A stretch of 64,000 bases of DNA from assembly GCA_946965045.2 (NCBI GenBank), contig OX337232.1, forward strand, positions 3,038,001 through 3,102,000. Reading direction: 5' to 3'. Every line of letters starts with the position of its first letter. Positions within the stretch are counted from its first letter, which is position 1. The position numbers and the translations under genes were made by a program. Shown here in pieces: positions 19,027 through 29,898 of the stretch. The notes below the pieces were generated by a model that saw only the letters and a list, made by a program, of their open reading frames with translations, did no database searches and was not told the origin of the DNA. Source of the stretch: Epithemia pelagica. Taxonomy: Eukaryota > Protista > Bacillariophyta.

Positions 19027-21447
19027 TCAATTCTCCTTACGATCGCGGCATCCCTTCAAGTCCATGTTTGGATCATAGGTCCAGGTAAAATACACCGTAC
19101 TGGACCCCGTGGGAGACAACAAACTCGTGCCAGCGGCAAAGTCGACCGTGGCCACCTGGACCCGAGGGGTACTCTCACTGTTTTGTCGAGGGTCTGGGGG
19201 GACAGTGGAGAAGAAAAAGTCGGCCCACGTTTGATACCACTGGGGCTCTAGGAAAAAGTTGGATGTGGTGTTGAGGGGATTGGTGGGTGGGGGCAAACGA
19301 AAGTAGGCCGTCCAACCCATCTTCTGGTAAAAAGTCTCGACCGCGTCATGGGCTTGATCCAAAATCTGTTTTCGCAACGGACTTGCTTGAGGCTGACAAA
19401 AGTCCAACAAACTAGTGCCATAGACAATTGTTGTCCAATTCATGGAATATCCAAAATGCAATGTATTGCCATGTCTAGAACAATGTTTGGCCAAGGAATG
19501 AAAGTCCTTGTATTCGAAATAATCAACCAAATTGGACCAACTCATGGTCCATGGCTGTTTCGCGGCAATCTCGTCCACAACACATTCCACCGGGGCACAG
19601 ATTAGTTCCATGGTCACTTGATTGGATTGTACCAAGGCCACAAGATGCGCCATCTTGTCCAGAGCAATCTGCTCGGCCGCTTGGACAATCGACAAGCTCG
19701 GACTGGCTTTGAGAAGTGCAACAATATCAGCCATGGAAAAGGCAGAAAAGATGGTTTCATTCTTTTCCAGAGGCGGTGTTCCATCCGGACAGTGAAACAT
19801 GATCTTGTTGCCGCACCAGGGAGGTTGACCTGGCAAATGGCAAAAGTCGCCCGAGGTTTCGTACCGAGCCAGGGCCACTCGGTCTTTTTGGCGCAACAAA
19901 TTTCCAATCGAGCTCTTGCTCTCCGTTACATACTCTCTGTACGAACCGCGGACGGCTTCCAGTGGCATCATATCGGCATCTCTCCAATACTCCAAGATTT
20001 CACAAACTTGAGGGTCCAAGTCTGGATGGGTTGACTTTGGACCGCAAAGTCGTTCCAGACAATCCTTCACCTTGGATTCCGTACCACTTGCCCAGGTGGT
20101 ACTGAACCACACTTGGAGAATGTGAGAGCAATGTTCGACAGGGTGTTCCGAAGAAGATGGTGACCCCTTTAGCAGTTCCCAGATCACGTGTGCCTTGGCC
20201 ACGGAATAAGGGCTCAGTTCAACGCCGACAAAATGCAAGGGTGGATGGACCATATCCAGGTTCTTGTCGTCCATGGGTACGGGGACTGGCGCTGTTGTGG
20301 GTGGGTCCAACAGCGACATGGTGAGCAAGATTCCCAGGTCCACAAAACCGACAGCCACATGAGTCGTCCCCCGATGGAGTTGCTCCGGTCGATAGGTTTG
20401 ATTGCTAAAGCTGTGTCGATGAAAGGGGCTGTACCATGGGGCTCCGACACAACCTTGTTTGTAAATGGCACCCGCTTGCTGATGGTTCGCGGCCAAGTAC
20501 CATTTCAGTTTGGGAGGGTCCTTGTTTCCCAAACGCTTGACAATATACTCCATTGGCGGTTCGTACGTGGGATCGGAAAAGACCATTTCGAAATTCTGTG
20601 GCAATCCACTATCGTTTTCGTGAGCCACGCGGAGGTAATCCTTGGCCCATGCCTGGTCCACACCACGAGAGAGGCCTCCCGCCGCCTTGGTCACTTCCGA
20701 CCAATACTCTGGTATAGGGACGACTTTGCGTCCAAAGATTTGGATTTGTTGCTCCTCGGTGGTGAACCGATGGATCATGGTTCTCAGGAACGCCATTTGA
20801 TTCACGTACTCGGCTTGTTCCGTGACACTGGGGGGTTCCAACCTACCGTCAATACTTAACTTTTCTTTGAGTTCTTTTTGCTCTTGCGTGGACATTCGGT
20901 AGCCCAGGTACAGTTTCTCGGCTCGGACGGCAATGAGCGCTTGGTCCAAGCGCCCGTCCATTTGAACTCCATATCTCGCATCACGATCCACAGGGGAAGC
21001 TGGAACTTGAATCACCGTACCAAGCTGTCCATTCAAGGTAGTGTCTTTTTGGAGCCCTCGCAAGGCCACTCGGTCCTGGAGAGAAAAGATCTGCACCAAA
21101 TTCTTGGCTTGAACCGCAATGGCCTTGGGTTCCCCGTCGAGCAGAATTCCAAAGCGCCGACAACTGGGATCCAATGGAGGCGGCTTTTGGCGTACTAGAG
21201 ACTGGATTGTTCCCTTTTTTCCATTGTGCTGTTCCGACTGGAGATTGCAAAGAAAGATACGGTCGCCAACTCGGAGTTTGGGATCGTGGCACACGGTCGA
21301 ATCGCCGGTGGCAACGGAGGACTCTGATGCAGCTCTTGTCGCTGTTGTACTGGATCGCCTTGAAGGTTTGTCCATGGTGCGTGGAAGAATGAAACAGTGC
21401 TTTCCTGAGACTTTGAGGATTATGGTACCACCAATAATGCGGGCCAA
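19027..21447 (-). CDS. hypothetical protein (806 aa) with two tandem SH3-like beta modules and a large C-terminal domain (possibly DUF4470/methyltransferase-like)
   Basis: Long ORF. Repeated modules DRIFLCNLQSEQHNGKKGTI..RFGILLDG..AIAVQAKNL and DRVALRGLQKDTTLNGQLGTV..RYGVQMDG..IAVRAEKL. Downstream THVAVGFVDLG...FVGVELS. Confidence 0.7.
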   Translation of the reverse strand: MARIIGGTIILKVSGKHCFILPRTMDKPSRRSSTTATRAASESSVATGDSTVCHDPKLRVGDRIFLCNLQSEQHNGKKGTIQSLVRQKPPPLDPSCRRFGILLDGEPKAIAVQAKNLVQIFSLQDRVALRGLQKDTTLNGQLGTVIQVPASPVDRDARYGVQMDGRLDQALIAVRAEKLYLGYRMSTQEQKELKEKLSIDGRLEPPSVTEQAEYVNQMAFLRTMIHRFTTEEQQIQIFGRKVVPIPEYWSEVTKAAGGLSRGVDQAWAKDYLRVAHENDSGLPQNFEMVFSDPTYEPPMEYIVKRLGNKDPPKLKWYLAANHQQAGAIYKQGCVGAPWYSPFHRHSFSNQTYRPEQLHRGTTHVAVGFVDLGILLTMSLLDPPTTAPVPVPMDDKNLDMVHPPLHFVGVELSPYSVAKAHVIWELLKGSPSSSEHPVEHCSHILQVWFSTTWASGTESKVKDCLERLCGPKSTHPDLDPQVCEILEYWRDADMMPLEAVRGSYREYVTESKSSIGNLLRQKDRVALARYETSGDFCHLPGQPPWCGNKIMFHCPDGTPPLEKNETIFSAFSMADIVALLKASPSLSIVQAAEQIALDKMAHLVALVQSNQVTMELICAPVECVVDEIAAKQPWTMSWSNLVDYFEYKDFHSLAKHCSRHGNTLHFGYSMNWTTIVYGTSLLDFCQPQASPLRKQILDQAHDAVETFYQKMGWTAYFRLPPPTNPLNTTSNFFLEPQWYQTWADFFFSTVPPDPRQNSESTPRVQVATVDFAAGTSLLSPTGSSTVYFTWTYDPNMDLKGCRDRKEN

Positions 21448-21632
21448 TCAGAGCCATGTATAAATTTCTGGGAGAGATGACTCGAGTTTTTCGTTTTTCT
21501 GTACTTGCGACCAACAATCTTACAACACCAAGCTCCCATGTGGAACCTTGTTCCACTACTACGACATGAAACGTCACCACAGAATCATCGACCCAACGAT
21601 GACCATCCTTGCCTTAAAACGCCATTCATTTG

Positions 21633-21690
21633 TAAGCGAGGAGCGTATACGCTCCTCCGATATTATAAGCGAGGAGCGTATATGCTCCTC
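21633..21690. repeat. 33-bp tandem duplication containing a 20-bp palindrome
   Basis: GAGGAGCGTATACGCTCCTC (21638-21657, perfect) and GAGGAGCGTATATGCTCCTC (21671-21690). Confidence 0.9.
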
Positions 21691-22642
21691 CCATCGTCCT
21701 TTTAACACGAAGAACTAAGAGACGATTTCTTGTGGATCGCGGTCGCACATTTAAGCCATGACGATGAATGCCCCTGGTTTTCCCCACGCCCAGCCAGTAT
21801 CTTAAATCCCCCAGATCATGACCATGGATGCCAAGCAAGAAAAAGGCGAAACGGGATGGTCAAACAAACAACATTCTGAATTCGAAACGTTCGCACCAAT
21901 GGTCTACGAGACCCAATCTATTCCTATGGAGAATTCCCAAAACAAGGTATATGACACCGGATGCCGTAACAAAGTGCGGCTCAGTATGAACGGAAACAGG
22001 GTTTGGAACCAATTGTCGCAACCTTGAATGCTAACAAGAAGAGCAACCCAGACCTACTAGAACTTTCAACAAAACAAGAACAAGTATAGGAAAGGTCGTG
22101 GTGTCTGCCATGATGCCTTTGCATTCGGAGCAAGGCGCACACAGTCATGAATGACCACATGATTTCATCGATAACTTTGCAAATGTTGGCGGAGGAGAGG
22201 CTTTGGTTTCGGGACAAGACACGTATGGAACCACAAACGAGATAGTATTGGGCGACTTTATCAAATGAGGAATCGTTGGAGGGGTAATGGACCAACAACC
22301 TGCGGTTCGGTTGTCTCTCGAAGAAGAGCTGCTGCCTGCCTGCAAATCCCCTGAAACACGGATCGTTTCCCTGACCATACAATTGTGATTTACTCCGGGG
22401 AACCACTTGTGTTGGAGAGCACCTACCTAGCTAGACACAAGAAACTGCACCGTAACGTCACGGCTTGAAAGACGGGACGCTCTATTCGTTCTCAAGCCTC
22501 CTTGAACGAAAAGTCACGGCACGATACTGTCGGTCCATTTTTCCTGTCCTGCAAGCACATGAATTACGATCCTTTGGGACGTCACGCTGCTGGTCGTGAA
22601 TTGGGTTTCTGTAGCGGATTCCTGAAACAGATTGGTCATCAC

Positions 22643-22719
22643 TGGATTTCCTTTGCCGTTGGACAGAGTTGGTGGCGTTTGGGGCACATGGGTGGGGCCT
22701 ATTCATTATTATTCCACCC
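22643..22719 (+). pseudogene. 77-bp fragment of a patatin-like paralog
   Basis: About 87% identical by eye to 18659-18735 (WIPFAVGQSWWHLGHMDGAF); catalytic DGA reads GGA here. Confidence 0.8.
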
Positions 22720-23569
22720 CCAAGATCTGTACACCATGGTGTTTAGATCTTGATGAATTATCCATTTTTGTAGGTTTCACAAAAGTGGTATGTATGAGTA
22801 TTGTTTGGCCGAGAGGACAACAATTCGGATTACGTGGACGATTCGATGACACACTATGGATTTTCAACGAATGGCATCATAGGATTGGCGACTTTCTCAA
22901 CAATCAAAGTTCGATGAGAGAGAAATAATAGGACACGGTGATGGAACAATAAGATCGACTCCCTCGAGTACCTTAGTACTGATGACGGAAGCTTCACCTC
23001 ATAGTCGATGTCGGCTAGGGGACCGGCCAGACAGCGACCCTCCATCGTCTGAAATGCGACAGACACCGCATGATAGGTCATGGGTCCTCTCTCTAGAGTA
23101 CCTGAAGCGTTGCGTACTAAATAGAGAGAGATGACGTCTCTAGGGCCTTCATACAATGTACACTTTACTTTATAGTTACGTTTTGATGACTACTCCCTAC
23201 TCCTCTTCCTTTATACTCTATGACATCGGGGGAGTACTACTTAGTACTTCTTAGACCATTCTGGGAAGGAGGGAAGCACGACGCAAAACGGGCGAATTAG
23301 GTAGGCTATTGACTATTTCAGGGTCATGGTCATCTTATGTGGTTTTGCCTCGTGACGATCATGATCAGTGTCCATTCGTCATTTGCTGTTGTAACCATCT
23401 CAATCTCAACTCTCAACCGAGAATGGTTACTCGCATCTTGCAATTGAGAGGGGGCACTAATAGTGCGATGCAGACCACATGTTTTGAATCATGATGAGCT
23501 ATAGTGCCTAAATCTTACGTCCTTTTCCCTACTTTCTTAGAAGTCCGCAGTCGTCTCTTCTTCTCCTTA

Positions 23570-24637
23570 TCACCGTTCTCTGGTCAAATCTGTTCTTGAT
23601 GGATCTTCATCTTCTTCCCCGCCCTGTCCAGTATTCCCACTTCTTTGTTTCCACGCCAAATCATCTGCATTTTGGTACTCGTCCATTTCCCTACGATAAC
23701 GTTGCATATCCGTGTCAGCTTTCCTCTTGTAGTATTCAACCTCACTCTTGCTTAGATCTCGCCACTTTGAGCCAATAATCTTGGCAAGATTTTCAAAACT
23801 GATCTTCCCCTTTCTACTCGTAGACTTCTTTCCCTTCTTCGTAAGGCAGACCTCTCCTTCAAGCGTGGCGAGAACCCGCACTCGTTCCTCCTTGAAAAAG
23901 ATGTTGTATGCAGAGAGAGGGCGCTTCGGCCTTTCTCTTCGAGGTGGATCCGTCGCGGGGGCTGTTACTTGCTCTTGTTCCTCTTTCTTGTTGTTAGTGG
24001 GGCGTTCTTCAAAAGAATGAGATGGTGTTGAGGATGATACACTTTCGGCAATACTACGCACAGTACCACTCTGGTTTGTCAATCTGCCATATGCCGCAGA
24101 CATGGAAGCATTCTCAGAAGGTGGTTCCAAACCACCGTTCGTCGGAACCAAAGGAGACATGGCAACAGCAGACCTCGCTCGTCGCAATTCCTCGACGAGA
24201 AGGCGGTCATGGTCCGATAATGGGAGGCTCAGTAGGGACGAAACCAGCGGCTGAGAGCCCGCTAATGAAGCAACTGAAACAGGACTCACTGCCGAACTGA
24301 GGCTTGAGGCAAGGTTGGGGGAAGCGGTACCAAAACGGAAAGCTCCCATGCTATTCATCAGATCAGAGCCATAGATAGATGCTGCCGGGTACTGAAGAAC
24401 TGCCGTGTTCAATGAAGCCAGCGGTAGATTTGTAACCACTGGCGCGTTGCTACTGATCTGTGAGTGTGGAAAGGAATTTGTTTGCCCCAAGAGTCGCAAG
24501 AGGAGATCCACGTTGTTATCTAGCATAGCTCTGTTCGGATCCCGTCCCACTGCATGGGCTATATGTACCTGGGGATCAGGTGCACGATTGAGACCATTGG
24601 CCTGGAGCAAAAGGTTGCGGATCGTTCGTTCGTCCAT
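23570..24637 (-). CDS. HMG-box DNA-binding protein
   Basis: RPKRPLSAYNIFFKEER...ISFENLAKIIGSKWRDL...YYKRKADTDMQRYRREM; first ATG at 24637. Confidence 0.92.
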   Translation of the reverse strand: MDERTIRNLLLQANGLNRAPDPQVHIAHAVGRDPNRAMLDNNVDLLLRLLGQTNSFPHSQISSNAPVVTNLPLASLNTAVLQYPAASIYGSDLMNSMGAFRFGTASPNLASSLSSAVSPVSVASLAGSQPLVSSLLSLPLSDHDRLLVEELRRARSAVAMSPLVPTNGGLEPPSENASMSAAYGRLTNQSGTVRSIAESVSSSTPSHSFEERPTNNKKEEQEQVTAPATDPPRRERPKRPLSAYNIFFKEERVRVLATLEGEVCLTKKGKKSTSRKGKISFENLAKIIGSKWRDLSKSEVEYYKRKADTDMQRYRREMDEYQNADDLAWKQRSGNTGQGGEEDEDPSRTDLTRER

Positions 24638-25014
24638 GATGCCTTGGCTCCAAAACTGATACCTTTTGCTCAATAGCAAAATTGCTCAATAGCAAAAGCG
24701 TTGGGTCGAGGTTTGACGTTTGCCGACCTCACTCCGTACTCCGCTGCTTTTTTTGTCGACCATACGCCGAATGCCAAATGCGAATATTATCTGATACTTG
24801 ATACTCGTACTTGATGATCACTCCCTTTTCCCTTCTGACTTATGGAGTTAAAATCGGACGTAATGCGACATTCCACGTTCCATCCCACAACATTAAAAAT
24901 TTTCCAAAAAAACCAAAACCCCAAAACCAACGAATCTGGAATCTGTACTGAATACTTAATAGAGCAATACTAAATACTCTAGTGAACAGTCAATGTATGT
25001 GCTATCCAGGATCT

Positions 25015-25143
25015 TCGGTCCTCGGACCTCGGACCTCGGACCTCGGAGCAGGAACCAGTAACCAGTAACCAGTAACCAGTAACCAGTAACCAGTAGGAGA
25101 TAGGAGGTAGGAGTAGGAGGTAGGAGTTAGGAGTTAGGAGTAC
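25015..25143. repeat. compound heptamer microsatellite (TCGGACC)n, (AACCAGT)6, (GGAG(T/G)TA)n
   Basis: Read directly from the sequence. Confidence 0.9.
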
Positions 25144-25157
25144 GAGGTACGAGCTAG

Positions 25158-26460
25158 TGTCTATTCTACCCCGGTTTGTCCTCGTATGAGGACAGCGCTT
25201 GTCCTCATATGAGGACAACCCTACTAAAATCATATCTACGTAGACCACAGTAGCTTTTGTACGAAGCTATCGACAAAAAATGTAACCCAACCATGGGAAT
25301 CTGCCATTCTACCAAAAAAATGAAAAACTAAAATAGAAAAGTAATAGACCACAATCAACCATTATGTTCTATGTTTATGTGGCAAGACACTACGTGTGTT
25401 GGAAAATGCATCCATCCAGTTTATGTAGGGCAAATCCAACCATTTTGTCGAGGGAGTTCAACTGTCTTCACATACATTGGCGGATTTGAGTCTCCCACTG
25501 CACTTTCCTGGTTCCCTGAAGGTGTCTGTGCTTCCTGTACATGAACTGTTGGGGTGCAGGAGGCTCAGACGCCGCATTTGACCCTGTATTGGTGTCGAAT
25601 GCTGTTACGGTCTCAGAATTTTCCTCTGTGGTGATGGAGGCTTGTTTTGGCTGAATTCTCTCAATCTGATGCCTCAATCAGGCAAAGGACAACTGGTCAT
25701 CATCACTAGGGATAATAACACTCATCAGGTTGATTGTCTCCTGTTTTATCCCCTCCAAACACTCAGTTTAGGCTGTTCCTCGAGCACGACAAAACCAATC
25801 TGAAAACGTGACACGTCATCAATTTACATCATCTTGACGTCATATTTCACCTCACAGTTTTTGTCGGGCCTCCATTCCGACAAATCCAGAGCTCAGGATT
25901 TGTCGGCCGACAAATCCTGAAATAGCATTAGGGATTGTGTTATCATTATTCTAGTGTACATATGGTATACAGAAACTTCCAGCGCGCGTTCTGGACTTCA
26001 GCGGCGCGCGTTCGACTCCAACGGTCCCCCAATCCCTAATGAAGTAGCCCGACTTGCGAATAGTATTGGTATTCAATTCCACGAAGTACTTGTGGGGAGT
26101 GTTGGGGACCCAGGCGCGGGCTCTCGTTTTGGTTTTGGTTTTGCTCGAGGATAGAAAAACGGGCCAATGTGAAATTTCTCCAAGACGTCACGTTTTCAAA
26201 TTGGTTTTGTCGTGCTCGAGGAACAGCCTTAGAAAATCACCATCGCTCCAACATGGATGAATTCTGTTTTTGATACTGTATCGTCACTACTCATCACAAT
26301 TAAAGCATGAGAATATCATGGGGTATGTTTTCAAGTATGGAGATTACGAATCTGAACTTTAAAACCACTTAGGAGTACATGATTGATTTGATATTCTTCT
26401 TTTGAAAGTGTACTCATATGAGGATTTTGTCCTCATATGAGTACAGGGGTAGAATAGACA
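25158..26460. mobile_element. non-autonomous TIR element (1.3 kb) inserted at CTAG, with paired subterminal palindromes
   Basis: TIR TGTCTATTCTACCCC / GGGGTAGAATAGACA, flanked on both sides by CTAG (25154-25157, 26461-26464). GT(C/A)CTCATATGAG(G/T)AC-type palindromes occur twice at each end. Confidence 0.8.
25771..26228. mobile_element. Tourist-like (PIF/Harbinger) MITE, 458 bp, nested in the CTAG element
   Basis: 42-bp TIRs starting GGCTGTTCCTCGAGCACGAC with one mismatch; TTA TSD at 25768-25770 and 26229-26231. Confidence 0.9.
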
Positions 26461-27498
26461 CTAGGTCGTAGGGTAAAGGTACAAGAAAGAGGAAAGAAAA
26501 AGAAAAAAGCCAAACGACAACGAGCTCAGAACAAAGAATGACACTCCCTACTCGCTACTGGTTTGTCTATAGGAGTAATCAGTACAATCAGGACTCTTGT
26601 TGGTTGTAGGTTGTAGCATACGGATTACAGATTACAGATTATGGTTTACTTTTATTGATAGGGATTACGGATAGGCTACAGGGGCTGGTACAATACTTGT
26701 AGCAATGGGAATTGGAATTGGGCATGGGGAATGTGGGGAATTGGATGGGGCTAGCTGAGAGAGAGAGTGCTGGGGAATAATTGTCTAGTCGCCACTCCAA
26801 GGGGTACCTAGTACCTAGTCAAATACAATAGCTATGTCACCGTGGCAACAAGGAGGGAGATGTGCTTTTACCTCCTAGCTCTGCTGTCGATTGTCGAGCT
26901 TGATTTGACATTTGAGCACATGGTCGATGGTCAAGCAGCAAGTATCCAGTATATCTTTCGATCTACGATCCCTATTGTCTATGAGTAGGTAGAGATCAGA
27001 GATTGCAGAGCAGTGATTTAGGTAGGTAGACAGGAAACATGAATTGGAGGACGGAGGACAGACGACTGAGTGTAGTTACTCCCAAAGGTAGAGTTTTTCT
27101 AGCAGTAGTAGGAGGATTTCGTATTTTCGTAGATTGATCATTGATCATTGTACAGTCTATCTATTGTAGATTGTAGTGTCGTAGTTTTTTGTGGCGTGTG
27201 AGAAGTGAGAAGTGAGAATGTTTATTGTTGATAAGGACAAAGGACGGACGCATCCGGAGAAGCGGACTGTCAGCGAAATCCGTAATTAGGGGATGAAGGC
27301 CCCCTAATACTGATACTGTGAACTGTGAAGATTTGTTACCCCTCTTCTCCGCCCATTGCCCCGCTTCAAAATTGTTCAGACCGACGAGCTCGTCATCGTC
27401 TTAACCATATTGTCCACGATGCCCTGCATCTGTTGTCCCATCATACGACCACTTTTTCTAATGTATTTCTGATTCCGAAGAAGACCTGTGCAAGAAGG

Positions 27499-29898
27499 AT
27501 GATGAATCATCTGGATGCATCCAACGACGTGGTGGAGGGAAGAGTTCCTACCGTACTTTGCTCGAGTCCGGTGGAACGGTTGCTGGTCGTTCATTTTGGT
27601 CTACGTCAAATAGCGACAGGAACATCTGCTGCGGATGAGGCTTCGTCTTTGGAAGAACTGGCCCTTCCCATTCTCTACGAGTACACAACCACGAACCGTG
27701 CTGCCGACTGCAGTGGACACACGGACGAGATTACAACGACGATCCAGAATTCTTCGATTGAGCTCTGCAACTTGGCATCGGCACTCTACACGCTTCCCAT
27801 GTCGCTCTTCCCAACGGAATCAGAGGTCGACAATGCTTCGGGGTATGAAGGATGTCCTTTCGATGAAACTGCTCGTATCGTGGAACTCGAAAACGCAACC
27901 CTGTTATTCCAACCCATTGAAGACCAAGAAAATGAAGGGACGGAATCCAACATTGTACTGGTTATTCAACTTTCGAAACAACGACAAAAGACAAGGACGA
28001 GGCAAGATTCTTCCGTGTCGCAAATTCGTCATGCTGCCGTCACACCCCAAGCAGTGGCGACCGCCTTTCGGCGTCATCATGAGTTATTTTGCCTCTTGCG
28101 AGGAGGAGGAATTCACTCTAGATTAAAGGAGGAGCCCAAAGATGGACCGAGGGAAACGAGCAGCGGTACATCGTGCTTGTATCCTGGAATGGATCAACTG
28201 TTTCAGCTCACGGCGAAAACTCGCAAGCTGAAGGATCGAATGGAACGCTTGGCGAAAACTCATGGAAATCGTCGCACGGAAGAGGATGAGGCTACAACCA
28301 CAGGTGATGCAAACGAGAAATCTATGAAAGAATCAGAACAACAACTGTTTGAGCTTAATCGATTCAAGCACCGTTTGCTCGAAAGCCTACCAATAACATT
28401 GCTGCGTCAAGCATTAAAAGTCCATTACGATGGATTTTTGAGCGAATGGCAAAGTACTTGCTTTGTAGAAGGAGGACGGTGCATGGTGGAATGGACACCC
28501 TCTCCCTTACCCCAGCAACTGCCATCGGAGTTTGTGTCTGTTCAAGATACAGACAAGGTAGAGTCGTTGCGTCAGGCCATGGCCCGATTCATGTCCGAGA
28601 TAAGCTCAACCGCGTCATGTCCGATTGCTTCGGTATCCATGTTTCTCATGGACAATCCGACACATTTGTGGACCCTAGATGGAAGGACCAAGGCAAACTA
28701 TCCTTCTGGCATGAGTGGCATATCGCTCTTGTTATCCTACATGACTCAGATTCAAGCACGAGCTTTGACAACCGTTTCAAATTCCAGGTCGACTGACAAG
28801 AATCGGTCGTCTGTTGGATGGTCCATTTGGTCGATTGCGGCAGGGCCGGCTTCTCCCACACACTCAGCTCCAAATGACCCTTCTCCCATGAATCGTGTAG
28901 AACGAGGATCCTTTGTCGCACCACCGCCCTTGTCACTCTTTGGCGTTGGCGAAGAATCAATTGTGCAAGTGCTCGAGTTCTCCTTGTCCTCTTTGGAACT
29001 CACAGAAATTGATGATGAAGAAGAAGAAAGCAACAAGGCGTTGGGACGGCACCAGGCAGATCCGAATCGATTTCGTGTTTGGGCACCGACAGTTCAGGGA
29101 CTGTGGGATGACGCCAAGAGGACATCGCATCGCATGTGCTTGTATCAATGGGATGACACGCTCCAACTTTTGTTTTTTCTCTCTATACCACCCGATTCGG
29201 AGGATCAAGATTACTTTGATGCCTTGCTTCGCGTCTTGAATAGCTTTTTGCAATCCACGTTGCTGGACCTTTTCGGGTGGGACAAGAAGGATGGGTGGCT
29301 GGAACGACGAACGTGGAAGGAAGAAGGGCAGGATATTCTCATGATTAATCGCACAACCAACCAAGTGATCCTCTGTTCCAATAAGCGCAGCAGTCATCCA
29401 CGGCGATCAAAGGAACGACAAACAATATCTTCTTCCAAACCAAACGGTGCGAACAACCGAAGTACAGCAACCGCATCGCCCCTTTTGCCATCCTTGCACA
29501 GCACTCAAAGCATCAACATGTATAGTCAGAGACGTCATTTGGGTGGTTGTGATATTCGCCATGAATTGGCGTCTCAAGTGGGCTCCTTGGATACCTTACT
29601 GGCGGTCGAAGAAGCCATGATGGAGCTCAGTTCCTGTGGCGACGATGTTGTGGACCCATTGAGAACCTGTAAGGAGCTGTGTACGGCTCTTCCACGTCAT
29701 TGGGTGTGGGCGTCTCGTGGTCCCTTGATCCAAAGCCAAGGCCAAAATCCTTCCAAAGTGGACGATGTTGAACTCTACGTGATTTTGGATGCATCCTTGT
29801 ATGTGACAGCGTCGGATATGGAAACGGCAGTGGCGCGCATTCGAAGCGAGTTTCTGAAACCTTTGTCGGGTACAAACGAGGATGTCCCCAAGGATTAG
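27499..29898 (+). CDS. CCZ1: CCZ1-like vacuolar fusion (longin-domain) protein
   Basis: Long ORF. HELFCLLRGG segment, and a C-terminus KELCTALPRHWVWASRG...ELYVILD...VARIRSEFL resembling the CCZ1 WVV.K....RELYVIL tail. Confidence 0.6.
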   Translation: MMNHLDASNDVVEGRVPTVLCSSPVERLLVVHFGLRQIATGTSAADEASSLEELALPILYEYTTTNRAADCSGHTDEITTTIQNSSIELCNLASALYTLPMSLFPTESEVDNASGYEGCPFDETARIVELENATLLFQPIEDQENEGTESNIVLVIQLSKQRQKTRTRQDSSVSQIRHAAVTPQAVATAFRRHHELFCLLRGGGIHSRLKEEPKDGPRETSSGTSCLYPGMDQLFQLTAKTRKLKDRMERLAKTHGNRRTEEDEATTTGDANEKSMKESEQQLFELNRFKHRLLESLPITLLRQALKVHYDGFLSEWQSTCFVEGGRCMVEWTPSPLPQQLPSEFVSVQDTDKVESLRQAMARFMSEISSTASCPIASVSMFLMDNPTHLWTLDGRTKANYPSGMSGISLLLSYMTQIQARALTTVSNSRSTDKNRSSVGWSIWSIAAGPASPTHSAPNDPSPMNRVERGSFVAPPPLSLFGVGEESIVQVLEFSLSSLELTEIDDEEEESNKALGRHQADPNRFRVWAPTVQGLWDDAKRTSHRMCLYQWDDTLQLLFFLSIPPDSEDQDYFDALLRVLNSFLQSTLLDLFGWDKKDGWLERRTWKEEGQDILMINRTTNQVILCSNKRSSHPRRSKERQTISSSKPNGANNRSTATASPLLPSLHSTQSINMYSQRRHLGGCDIRHELASQVGSLDTLLAVEEAMMELSSCGDDVVDPLRTCKELCTALPRHWVWASRGPLIQSQGQNPSKVDDVELYVILDASLYVTASDMETAVARIRSEFLKPLSGTNEDVPKD

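Noticed and set aside
25096-25143. Interstitial telomeric repeat
   Set aside because: The units are GGAGTTA/GGAGGTA, not TTAGGG, and are heterogeneous.
25950-26030. tRNA-like sequence (GTTCGACTCC box-B-like motif) in the MITE
   Set aside because: No T-stem, acceptor stem or anticodon arm pairing could be built.
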